From the human T2T-CHM13v2.0 reference genome, Homo sapiens: 64,000 nucleotides of DNA. The notes below the pieces were generated by a model. It worked only from the letters and a program-made list of their open reading frames with translations, did no database searches and was not told the DNA's origin. The DNA lies in the NCBI RefSeq assembly GCF_009914755.1, contig NC_060937.1; one strand, given 5' to 3'. Every line of letters starts with the position of its first letter. Position 1 is the first letter of the stretch. The position numbers and the translations under genes were made by a program. Shown here in pieces: positions 47,959 to 62,012 of the stretch.

Positions 47959-50900
47959 CATTTATAATAAACTGTACATAAAATATCAATGTACTCAAAC
48001 TATATATTATGTGCGGTACATAAGATATCAAATTACCCATACTATATAGTATATACTGCACTTAAAATATCAAAATACCCAAAATATATATTATATACGT
48101 TACATAAACTATCAAATACACAAAGTATGTATTATATACTGTACATAAAATAGCAAAGTTCCCAAAATATGTATTATATACTGTACATAAAATATGAAAG
48201 TACCCAACCATTTATAATAAACTCTACATAAAATACCAAAGTACCCAAACTGTGTATTATATACTGTCCATAAAATATCAAAGTACCCAAAATTTATATT
48301 GTAAACTGTACATAAAATATCAAAGTAGCCAAAATACATATTGTATACTATACATAAAATATGAAAGTACCCCAAATATGTATTATATACTGTACATAAA
48401 ATATCAAAGTACCCATAATACATATTATATACTGTACATAAAATATCAAAGGACCCAAAATAAACATTATATACTGTACATAAAATATCCAAATACTCAA
48501 AATATATATTACGTACTGTACATAAAATATCAAAGTACCCAAATTATGTATTATATACTGTACGTAAAATATCAGAGTACCCAAAATATGCATTATATAC
48601 TGTACATAAAATATGAAAGTAACAATACATTTATAATAAACTGTACATAAAATATCAAAGTACTCAAACTATATATCATATACTGTACATAAAATATCAA
48701 AGTACCCAAACTGTGTATTATTATATACTGTATATAAAATATCAAAGTACCTGAAATATATACTGTATACTGTACATAAAATATCAAAGTACCCAAAATA
48801 TATACTATATACTGTACATAAAATATGAAGGTACATCAAATATATATTATATCCTGTACATAAAATATCAAAGTACACCTATTATATATTGTGTACTGTA
48901 CATAATATATTAAATCGCCCAAATATATATTGTATACTGTATATAAAATATGAAGGTACTTCAAATATATATTATATGCTACACATAAAATATCAAAGTA
49001 CCCAAAGTATGCATTAAACACTGTACATAAAATATCAAAGTACACATATTATCTATTATATAATGTACATAAAATATGAAGGTTCATCAAATATATATTA
49101 TATTCTGTACATAATATATCAAAGTACATCAAATATATATTATATACTGTACATAAAATATCAAAGTACCAAAAATATGTATTATATACTGTACATAAAA
49201 CATGAAAGTAACCAAACATTTATAATAAACTGTACATAAAATATCAAAGTACTCAATCTACATATTATATACAGTATATAAAATATCAAAGTACACAAAC
49301 TGTATATTATATACTGTACATAATATATCAAAGTACCCAGAATATATAGCATACTGTACATAAAATATCAAAGTACCCAAAATGTATATTGTATACTGTA
49401 CATAAAATATGAAGGTACATCAAAGATATATTATATTCTGTACATAAAATATCAAACTACACCAAATATATATTATATGCTGTACATAATATATTAAAGT
49501 TGCCCATATATACATTATATACTGTACATAAAATATGAACGTACATCAAATATATAGTATATGCTGCACATAAAATATCAAAGTACCCAAAATATATACT
49601 ATATACTGTACATAAAATATGAAGGTACATCAAATATATATTATATCCTGTACATAAAATATCAAAGTACACCTATTATATATTGTGTACTGCACATAAT
49701 ATATTAAATCGCCCAAATATATATTGTATACTGTATATAAAATATGAAGGTACTTCAAATATATATTATATGCTGCACATAAAATATCAAAGTACCCAAA
49801 GTATGCATTACATACTGTACATAAAATATCAAATTACAAAAATTATATATTATATTCTGTACATAAAATATGTAGGTTCTTCAAATATATTTTATATTCT
49901 GTACATAATATATCAAAGTACATCAAATATATATTATATACGGTACATAAAATATCAAAGTACCCAAAATATGTATTAATTACTGTGCATAAAATATGAA
50001 AGTAACCAAACATTTATAATAAACTGTACATAAAATATCAAACTACTCAATCTACATATTATATACAGTATATAAAATATCAAAGTACACAAACTGTATA
50101 TTATATACTGTACATAATATATCAAAGTACCCAGAATATATAGCATACTGTACATACAATATCAAAGTACCCAGAATGTATATTGTATTCTGTACATAAA
50201 ATATGAATGTACATCAAAGATATATTATATTCTGTACATAAAATATCAAAGTACACCAAATATATATTATATGCTGTACATAATATATTAGTTGCCCATG
50301 CATACATTTTATACTGTACATAAAATATGAAGGTACATCAAATATATAGTATATGCTGCACATAAAATATCAAAGTACCCAAAGTATGTATTATATACTG
50401 TACATAAAATATCAAAGTACCAAAAGTATATATTACCTACTGTAAATACAATATGAAGATACCTCAAATATATATTATATTCTGTACATGAAATATCAAA
50501 GTACACCAAGTATATACTATATACTCTACATAAAATATTAAATTACCCAAAATATGTATTGTATTGTGTACATAAAATATGAAAGTAACCAAACATTTAT
50601 AATAAACTGTACATAAAATATCAAAGTACTCAAACTTTATATTATATACTGTACATAAAGTATCAAAGTACCCAAACTGTGTAGTATATACTGTACATAA
50701 AATATCAAGGTACCCAAAATGTATATTGTAAACTGTAGATAAAATATCAAAGTACCCAAAATATATATTATATACTGTACATAAAATATGAAGGCTCATC
50801 CAATATATATTATATTCTGTACATAAAATATCAAAGTACACCAAATGTATATTATATACTGTACATAAAATATAAAACTACGCCAAATATATCTTATATA

Positions 50901-53900
50901 CTCTACATAAAATATCAAAGTACCCAAAATATATATTATATACTGTACATAAAATATCAAAGTACCCATAGTATGTATTATATCCTGTACATAAAATATG
51001 AAGGTACATCAAATATATATTCTATTCTGCACATAAAATATCATATTGCACCAAATATATATTGTATACTGTATATAAAATATGAAGGTACTTCAAATAT
51101 ATATTATATGCTGCACATAAAATATCAAAGTACCCAAAGTATGCATTATATACTGTACATAAAATATCAAAGTACCCAAAGTGTATATTATATACTGTAC
51201 ATAAAATATGAAGGTTCATCAAATATATTTTATATTCTGCACATAATATATCAAAGTACAGCAAATATATATTATATACTGTACATAAAATATCAAAGTA
51301 CCCAAAATATGTATTATATACTGTACATAAAATATGAAAGTAACCAAACATTTATAATAAACTGTACATAAAATATCAAAGTACTCAAACTACATATTAT
51401 ATACAGTATATAAAATGTCAAAGTACCCAAACTGTATATTATATACTGTACATAATATATCAAAGTACCCAAATATATAGCATACTGTACATAAAATATC
51501 AAAGTACCCAAAGTGTGTATTATACACTGCACATAAAATATGAAGGTACATCAAAGATATATTATATTCTGTACATAAAATATCAAAGTACACCAAATAT
51601 ATATTATATGCTGTACAGAATATATTAAAGTCGACCAAATATATATTATATACTGTACATAAAATATGAAGGTACATCAAATATATATTATATGCTGCAC
51701 ATAAAATATCAAAGTACCCAAAGTATGTATTATATACTGTACATAAAATATCAAAGTACCCAAAGTATATATTATATACTGTACATAAAATATAAAATAC
51801 CCCAAATATATATTATATCCTGTACATAAAATATCAAAGTACCCAAAATATATATTGTAAACTGTACATAAAATATCAAAGTAGCCAAAATATATATTGT
51901 ATACTGTCCATAAAATATAAAAGTACCCCAAATATGTATTATATACTGTACATAAAATATCAAAGTACCGATAATACATATTATATACTGTACATAAAAT
52001 ATCAAAGGACCCAAAATAAACATTATATACTGTACATAAAATATCCAAATACTCAAAATATATATTACATACTGTACATAAAATATCAAAGTACCCAAAT
52101 TATGTATTATATACTGTACATAAAATATCAGAGTACCCAAAATATGCATTATATACTGTACATAAAATATGAAAGTAACAAAACATTTATAATAAACTGT
52201 ACATAAAATATCAAAGTACTCAAACTATATATCATATACTGTACATAAAATATCAAAGTACCCAAACTGTGTATTATTATATACTGTATATAAAATATCA
52301 AAGTACCTGAAATATATACTGTATACTGTACATAAAATATCAAAGTACCCAAAATATATACTATATACTGTACATAAAATATGAAGGTACATCAAATATA
52401 TATTATATCCTGTACATAAAATATCAAAGTACACCTATTATATATTGTGTACTGTACATAATATATTAAATCGCCCAAATATATATTGTATACTGTATAT
52501 AAAATATGAAGGTACTTCAAATATATATTATATGCTGCACATAAAATATCAAAGTACCCAAAGTATGCATTACATACTGTACATAAAATATCAAAGTACA
52601 CATATTATCTATTATATAATGTACATAAAATATGAAGGTTCATCAAATATATATTATATTCTGTACATAATATATCAAAGTACATCAAATATATATTATA
52701 TACTGTACATAAAATATCAAAGTACCAAAAATATGTATTATATACTGTACATAAAACATGAAAGTAACCAAACATTTATAATAAACTGTACTTAAAATAT
52801 CAAAGTACTCAATCTACATATTATATACAGTATATAAAATATCAAAGTACACAAACTGTATATTATATACTGTACATAATATATCAAAGTACCCAGAATA
52901 TATAGCATACTGTACTTAAAATATCAAAGTACCCAAAATATATATTGTATACTGTACATAAAATATGAAGGTACATCAAAGATATATTATATTCTGTACA
53001 TAAAATATCAAAGTACACCAAATATATATTATATGCTGTACATAATATATTAAAGTTGCCCATATATACATTATATACTGTACATAAAATATGAACGTAC
53101 ATCAAATATATAGTATATGCTGCACATAAAATATCAAAGTACCCAAAGTATGTATTATACACTGTACATAAAATATCAAAGTACCAAAAGTATATATTAC
53201 ATACTGTAAATAAAATATGAAGGTACCTCAAATATATATTATATTCTGTACATAAAATATCAAAGTACACCAAGTATATACTATATACTCTGCATAAAAT
53301 ATTAAATTACCCAAAATATGTATTGCATTGTGTACATAAAATATGAAAGTAACCAAACATTTATAATAAACTGTACATAAAATATCAAAGTACTCAAACT
53401 GTATATTATATACTGTACATAAAGTATCAAAGTACCCAAACTGTGTAGTATATACTGTACATAAAATATCAAGGTACCCAAAATATATATTGTAAACTGT
53501 AGATAAAATATCAAAGTACCCAAAATATATATTATATACTGTACATAAAATATGAAGGCACATCCAATATATACTATATTCTGTACATAAAATATCAAAG
53601 TACACCAAATGTATATTATATACTGTACAAAAAATATCAAAGTACCCAAAGTGTATATTATATACTGTACATAAAGTATGAAGATTCATCAAATATATTT
53701 TATATTCTGCACATAATATATCAAAGTACAGCAAATATATATTATATACTGTACATAAAATATCAAAGTACCCAAAATATGTATTATATACTGTACATAA
53801 AATATGAAAGTAACCAAACATTTATAATAAACTGTACCTAAATTATCAAAGTACTCAAACTACATATTATATACAGTATATAAAATGTCAAAGTACCCAA

Positions 53901-54527
53901 ACTGTATATTATATACTGTACATAATATATCAAAGTACCTGAATATATAGCATACTCTACATAAAATATCAAAGTACCCAAAGTGTGTATTATACACTGC
54001 ACATAAAATATGAAGGTACATAAAATATATATTGTATTCTGTACATAAAATATCAAAGTACTCCAAATATATATTATATGCTGTACATAATATATTAAAG
54101 TCGCCCAAATACATATTATATACTGTACATAAAATATGAAGGTACATCAAATATATATTATATGCTGCACATAAAATATCAAAGTACCCAAAGTATGTGT
54201 TATATACTGTACATAAAATATCAAAGTACCCAAAGTATATATTATATACTGTACATAAAATATAAAATACCCCAAATATATATTATATGCTGTACATAAA
54301 ATATCAAAGTACACAAAATATGCATTATGTACTGTACATAAATTATCAAAGGACCCAAAATATATATTATATAATGTACATAAAATATCAAAATACCCAA
54401 AATATATATTATATACTGTACATAAAATACCAAAGTACCCAAAGTATATATTATATACTGTATAAAAAATATCAAAGTAGCCAAAATATGTATTATACAC
54501 TGTACATAATATATGAAAGTACCCAAA
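47959..54527. repeat. Fused units, 6569 bp (3307+794-2, then 3013-543)
   Basis: 794-bp back-jump at ~49585, 2-bp deletion at ~50290, and a 543-bp deletion junction at ~51818. The arithmetic matches pseudo-ORF ends 47981 and 54550. Confidence 0.8.
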
Positions 54528-56616
54528 TATTTATAATAAACTGTACATAAAATATCAATGTACTCAAACTATATATTATGTGCGGTACTTAAGATATCAA
54601 AGTACCCATACTATATAGTATGTACTGTACTTAAAATATCAAAATACCCAAAATATATATTATATACGTTACATAAACTATCAAATACACAAAGTATGTA
54701 TTACATACTGTACATAAAATAGCAAAGTTCCCAAAATATGTATTATATACTGTACATAAAATATGAAAGTACCCAACCATTTATAATAAACTCTACATAA
54801 AATACCAAAGTACCCAAACTGTGTATTATATACTCTCCATAAAATATCAAAGTACCCAAAATATATATTGTCAACTGTACATAAAATATCAAAGTACTCA
54901 ATCTACATATTATATACAGTATATAAAATATCAAAGTACACAAACTGTATATTATATACTGTACATAATATATCAAAGTACCCAGAATATATAGCATACT
55001 GTACTTAAAATATCAAAGTACCCAAAATATATATTGTATACTGTACATAAAATATGAAGGTACATCAAAGATATATTATATTCTGTACATAAAATATCAA
55101 AGTACACCAAATATATATTATATGCTGTACATAATATATTAAAGTTGCCCATATATACATTATATACTGTACATAAAATATGAACGTACATCAAATATAT
55201 AGTATATGCTGCACATAAAATATCAAAGTACCCAAAGTATGTATTATACACTGTACATAAAATATCAAAGTACCAAAAGTATATATTACATACTGTAAAT
55301 AAAATATGAAGGTACCTCAAATATATATTATATTCTGTACATAAAATATCAAAGTACACCAAGTATATACTATATACTCTGCATAAAATATTAAATTACC
55401 CAAAATATGTATTGCATTGTGTACATAAAATATGAAAGTAACCAAACATTTATAATAAACTGTACATAAAATATCAAAGTACTCAAACTGTATATTATAT
55501 ACTGTACATAAAGTATCAAAGTACCCAAACTGTGTAGTATATACTGTACATAAAATATCAAGGTACCCAAAATATATATTGTAAACTGTAGATAAAATAT
55601 CAAAGTACCCAAAATATATATTATATACTGTACATAAAATATGAAGGCACATCCAATATATATTATATTCTGTACATAAAATATCAAAGTACACCAAATG
55701 TATATTATATACTGTACATAAAATATCAAAGTACCCAAAGTGTATATTATATACTGTACATAAACTATGAAGGTTCATCAAATATATTTTATATTCTGCA
55801 CATAATATATCAAAGTACAGCAAATATATATTATATACTGTACATAAAATATCAAAGTACCCAAAATATGTATTATATACTGTACATAAAATATGAAAGT
55901 AACCAAACATTTATAATAAACTGTACATAAAGTAACAAAGTACTCAAACTACATATTATATACAGTATATAAAATGTCAAATTACCCAAACTGTATATTA
56001 TATACTGTACATAATATATCAAAGTACCCGAATATATAGCATACTGTACATAAAATATCAAAGTACCCAAAGTGTGTATTATACACTGCACATAAAATAT
56101 GAAGGTACATAAAATATATATTGTATTCTGTACATAAAATATCAAAGTACTCCAAATATATATTATATGCTGTACATAATATATTAAAGTCGCCCAAATA
56201 TATATTATATACTGTACATAAAATATGAAGGTACATCAAATATATATTATATGCTGCACATAAAATATCAAAGTACCCAAAGTATGTGTTATATACTGTA
56301 CATAAAATATCAAAGTACCCAAAGTATATATTATATACTGTACATAAAATATAAAATACCCCAAATATATATTATATGCTGTACATAAAATATCAAAGTA
56401 CACAAAATATGTATTATATACTGTACATAAAATACCAAAGGACCCAAAATATATATTATATACTGTACATAAAATATCAAAATACCCAAAATATATATTA
56501 TATACTGTACATAAAATACCAAAGTACCCAAAGTATATATTATATACCGTACAAAAAATATCAAAGTAGCCAAAATATGTATTATACACTGTACATAATA
56601 TATGAAAGTACCCAAA
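54528..56616. repeat. Truncated HOR unit, 2089 bp (3013 - 924; 22 monomers deleted)
   Basis: Junction TTGTCAACTGTACATAAAATATCAAAGTACTCAATCTAC at ~54868-54906 skips most of the 419-bp block and the 589-bp block. Confidence 0.85.
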
Positions 56617-59600
56617 CATTTATAATAAACTGTACATAAAATATCAATGTACTCAAACTATATATTATGTGCGGTACATAAGATATCAAAGTACCCATAC
56701 TATATAGTATATACTGTACTTAAAATATCAAAATACCCAAAATATATATTATATACGTTACATAAACTATCAAATACACAAAGTATGTATTATATACTGT
56801 ACATAAAATAGCAAAGTTCCCAAAATATGTATTATATACTGTACATAAAATATGAAAGTACCCAACCATTTATAATAAACTCTACATAAAATACCAAAGT
56901 ACCCAAACTGTGTATTATATACTGTCCATAAAATATCAAAGGACCCAAAATATATATCGTAAACTCTACATAAAATATCAAAGTAGCCAAAATACATATT
57001 GTATACTGTACATAAAATATAAAAGTACCCCAAATATATATTATATACTGTACATAAAATATCAAAGTACCCATAATACATATTATATACTGTACATAAA
57101 ATATCAAAGGACCCAAAATAAACATTATATACTGTACATAAAATATCCAAATACTCAAAATATATATTACATACTGTACATAAAATATCAAAGTACCCAA
57201 ATTATGTACTATATACTGTATGTAAAATATCAGAGTACCCAAAATATGCATTATATACTGTACATAAAATATGAAAGTAACAAAACATTTATAATAAACT
57301 GTACATAAAATATCAAAGTACTCAAACTATATATCATATACTGTACATAAAATATCAAAGTACCCAAACTGTGTATTATTATATACTGTATATAAAATAT
57401 CAAAGTACCTGAAATATATATTGTATACTGTACATAAAATATCAAAGTACCCAAAATATATACTATATACTGTACATAAAATATGAAGGTACATCAAATA
57501 TATATTATATCCTGTACATAAAATAACAAAGTACACCTATTATATATTGTGTACTGTACATAATATATTAAATCGCCCAAATATATATTGTATACTGTAT
57601 ATAAAATATGAAGGTACTTCAAATATATATTATATGCTGCACATAAAATATCAAAGTACCCAAGGTATGCATTACATACTGTACATAAAATATCAAAGTA
57701 CACAAATTATATATTATATACTGTACATAAAATATGTAGGTTCATCAAATATATTTTATATTCTGTACATAATATATCAAAGTACATCAAATATATGTTA
57801 TATACGGTATATAAAATATCAAATTACCCAAAATATATATTATTTACTGTACATAAAATATGAAAGTAACCAAACATTTATAATAAACTGTACATAAATT
57901 ATCAAAGTACTCAATCTACATATTATATACAGTATATAAAATATCAAAGTACACAAACTATATATTATATACTGTACATAATATGTCAAAGTACCCAGAA
58001 TATATAGCATACTGTACATACAATATCAAAGTACCCAAAATATATATTGTATACTGTACATAAAATATGAAGGTACATCAAAGATATATTATATTCTGTA
58101 CATAAAATATCAAAGTACACCAAATATATATTATATGCTGTACATAATATATTAAAGTTGCCCATGTATACATTTTATACTGTACATAAAATATGAAGGT
58201 ACATCAAATATATAGTATATGCTGCACATAAAATATCAAAGTACCCAAAGTATGTATTATATACTGTACATAAAATATCAAAGTACCAAAAGTATATATT
58301 ACCTACTGTAAATAAAATGTGAAGATACCTCAAATATATATTATATTCTGTACATGAAATATCAAAGTACACCAAGTATATACTATATACTCTACATAAA
58401 ATATTAAATTACCCAAAATATGTATTGTATTGTGTACATAAAATATGAAAATAACCAAACATTTATAATAAACTGTACATAAAATATCAAAGTACTCAAA
58501 CTTTATATTATATACTGTACATAAAGTATCAAAGTACCCAAACTGTGTAGTATATACTGTACATAAAATATCAAGGTACCCAAAATGTATATTGTAAACT
58601 GTAGATAAAATATCAAAGTACCCAAAATATATATTATATACTGTACATAAAATATGAAGGCACATCCAATATATATTATATTCTGTACATAAAATATCAA
58701 AGTACACCAAATGTATATTATATACTGTACATAAAATATAAAACTACCCCAAATATATATTATATACTCTACATAAAATATCAAAGTACCCAAAATATAT
58801 ATTATATACTGTACATAATATATCAAAGTACCCATAGTATGTATTATATCCTGTACATAAAATATGAAAGTACGTCAAATATATATTCTATTCTGCACAT
58901 AAAATATCATATTGCACCAAATATATATTGTATACTGTATATAAAATATGAAGGTACTTCAAATATATATTATATGCTGCACATAAAATATCAAAGTACC
59001 CAAAGTATGCATTATATACTGTACATAAAATATCAAAGTACCCAAAGTGTATATTATATACTGTACATAAAATATGAAGGTTCATCAAATATATTTTATA
59101 TTCTGCACATAATATATCAAAGTACAGCAAATATATATTATATACTGTACATAAAATAACAAAGTAACAAAAATATGTATTATATACTGTACATAAAATA
59201 TGAAAGTAACCAAATATTTATAATAAACTGTATATAAAATATCAAAGTACTCAAACTACATATTATATACAGTATATAAAATATCAAAGTACCCAAACTA
59301 TATATTATATACTGTACATACTATATCAAAGTACCCGAATATAGAGCATACTGTACATAAAATATCAAATTACCCAAAATATATATTGTATACTGTACAT
59401 AAAATATGAAGGTACATCAAAGATATATTATATTCTGTACATAAAATATCAAAGTACACCAAATATATATTATATGCTGTACAGAATATATTAAAGTCGA
59501 CCAAATGTATACTATATACTGTACATAAAATATGAAGGTACATCAAATATATATTATATGCTGCACATAAAATATCAAAGTACCCAAAGTATGTGTTATA

Positions 59601-59923
59601 TACTGTACATAAAATATCAAAGTACCCAAAGTATATATTATATACTGTACATAAAATATAAAATACCCCAAATACATATTATATGCTGTACATAAAATAT
59701 CAAAGTACACAAAATATGCATTATGTACTGTACATAAATTATCAAAGGACCCAAAATATATATTATATAATGTACATAAAATATCAAAATACCCAAAATA
59801 TATATTATATACTGTACATAAAATACCAAAGTACCCAAAGTATATATTATATACTGTATAAAAAATATCAAAGTAGCCAAAATATGTATTATACACTGTA
59901 CATAATATATGAAAGTACCCAAA
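56617..59923. repeat. Long HOR unit, 3307 bp
   Basis: Pseudo-ORF ends at 56639 and 59946; cassette marker CATATTGCACC at ~58908. Confidence 0.88.
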
Positions 59924-62012
59924 TATTTATAATAAACTGTACATAAAATATCAATGTACTCAAACTATATATTATGTGCGGTACTTAAGATATCAAAGTA
60001 CCCATACTATATAGTATGTACTGTACTTAAAATATCAAAATACCCAAAATATATATTATATACGTTACATAAACTATCAAATACACAAAGTATGTATTAC
60101 ATACTGTACATAAAATAGCAAAGTTCCCAAAATATGTATTATATACTGTACATAAAATATGAAAGTACCCAACCATTTATAATAAACTCTACATAAAATA
60201 CCAAAGTACCCAAACTGTGTATTATATACTCTCCATAAAATATCAAAGTACCCAAAATATATATTGTCAACTGTACATAAAATATCAAAGTACTCAATCT
60301 ACATATTATATACAGTATATAAAATATCAAAGTACACAAACTGTATATTATATACTGTACATAATATATCAAAGTACCCAGAATATATAGCATACTGTAC
60401 TTAAAATATCAAAGTACCCAAAATATATATTGTATACTGTACATAAAATATGAAGGTACATCAAAGATATATTATATTCTGTACATAAAATATCAAAGTA
60501 CACCAAATATATATTATATGCTGTACATAATATATTAAAGTTGCCCATATATACATTATATACTGTACATAAAATATGAACGTACATCAAATATATAGTA
60601 TATGCTGCACATAAAATATCAAAGTACCCAAAGTATGTATTATACACTGTACATAAAATATCAAAGTACCAAAAGTATATATTACATACTGTAAATAAAA
60701 TATGAAGGTACCTCAAATATATATTATATTCTGTACATAAAATATCAAAGTACACCAAGTATATACTATATACTCTGCATAAAATATTAAATTACCCAAA
60801 ATATGTATTGCATTGTGTACATAAAATATGAAAGTAACCAAACATTTATAATAAACTGTACATAAAATATCAAAGTACTCAAACTGTATATTATATACTG
60901 TACATAAAGTATCAAAGTACCCAAACTGTGTAGTATATACTGTACATAAAATATCAAGGTACCCAAAATATATATTGTAAACTGTAGATAAAATATAAAA
61001 GTACCCAAAATATATATTATATACTGTACATAAAATATGAAGGCACATCCAATATATATTATATTCTGTACATAAAATATCAAAGTACACCAAATGTATA
61101 TTATATACTGTACATAAAATATCAAAGTACCCAAAGTGTATATTATATACTGTACATAAACTATGAAGGTTCATCAAATATATTTTATATTCTGCACATA
61201 ATATATCAAAGTACAGCAAATATATATTATATACTGTACATAAAATATCAAAGTACCCAAAATATGTATTATATACTGTACATAAAATATGAAAGTAACC
61301 AAACATTTATAATAAACTGTACATAAAGTATCAAAGTACTCAAACTACATATTATATACAGTATATAAAATGTCAAAGTACCCAAACTGTATATTATATA
61401 CTGTACATAATATATCAAAGTACCCGAATATATAGCATACTGTACATAAAATATCAAAGTACCCAAAGTGTGTATTATACACTGCACATAAAATATGAAG
61501 GTACATAAAATATATATTGTATTCTGTACATAAAATATCAAAGTACTCCAAATATATATTATATGCTGTACATAATATATTAAAGTCGCCCAAATATATA
61601 TTATATACTGTACATAAAATATGAAGGTACATCAAATATATATTATATGCTGCACATAAAATATCAAAGTACCCAAAGTATGTGTTATATACTGTACATA
61701 AAATATCAAAGTACCCAAAGTATATATTATATACTGTACATAAAATATAAAATACCCCAAATATATATTATATGCTGTACATAAAATATCAAAGTACACA
61801 AAATATGTATTATATACTGTACATAAAATACCAAAGGACCCAAAATATATATTATATACTGTACATAAAATATCAAAATACCCAAAATATATATTATATA
61901 CTGTACATAAAATACCAAAGTACCCAAAGTATATATTATATACCGTACAAAAAATATCAAAGTAGCCAAAATATGTATTATACACTGTACATAATATATG
62001 AAAGTACCCAAA
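59924..62012. repeat. Truncated HOR unit, 2089 bp (second copy)
   Basis: Same deletion junction at ~60264-60302; offset 5396 bp from the first copy. Confidence 0.85.
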
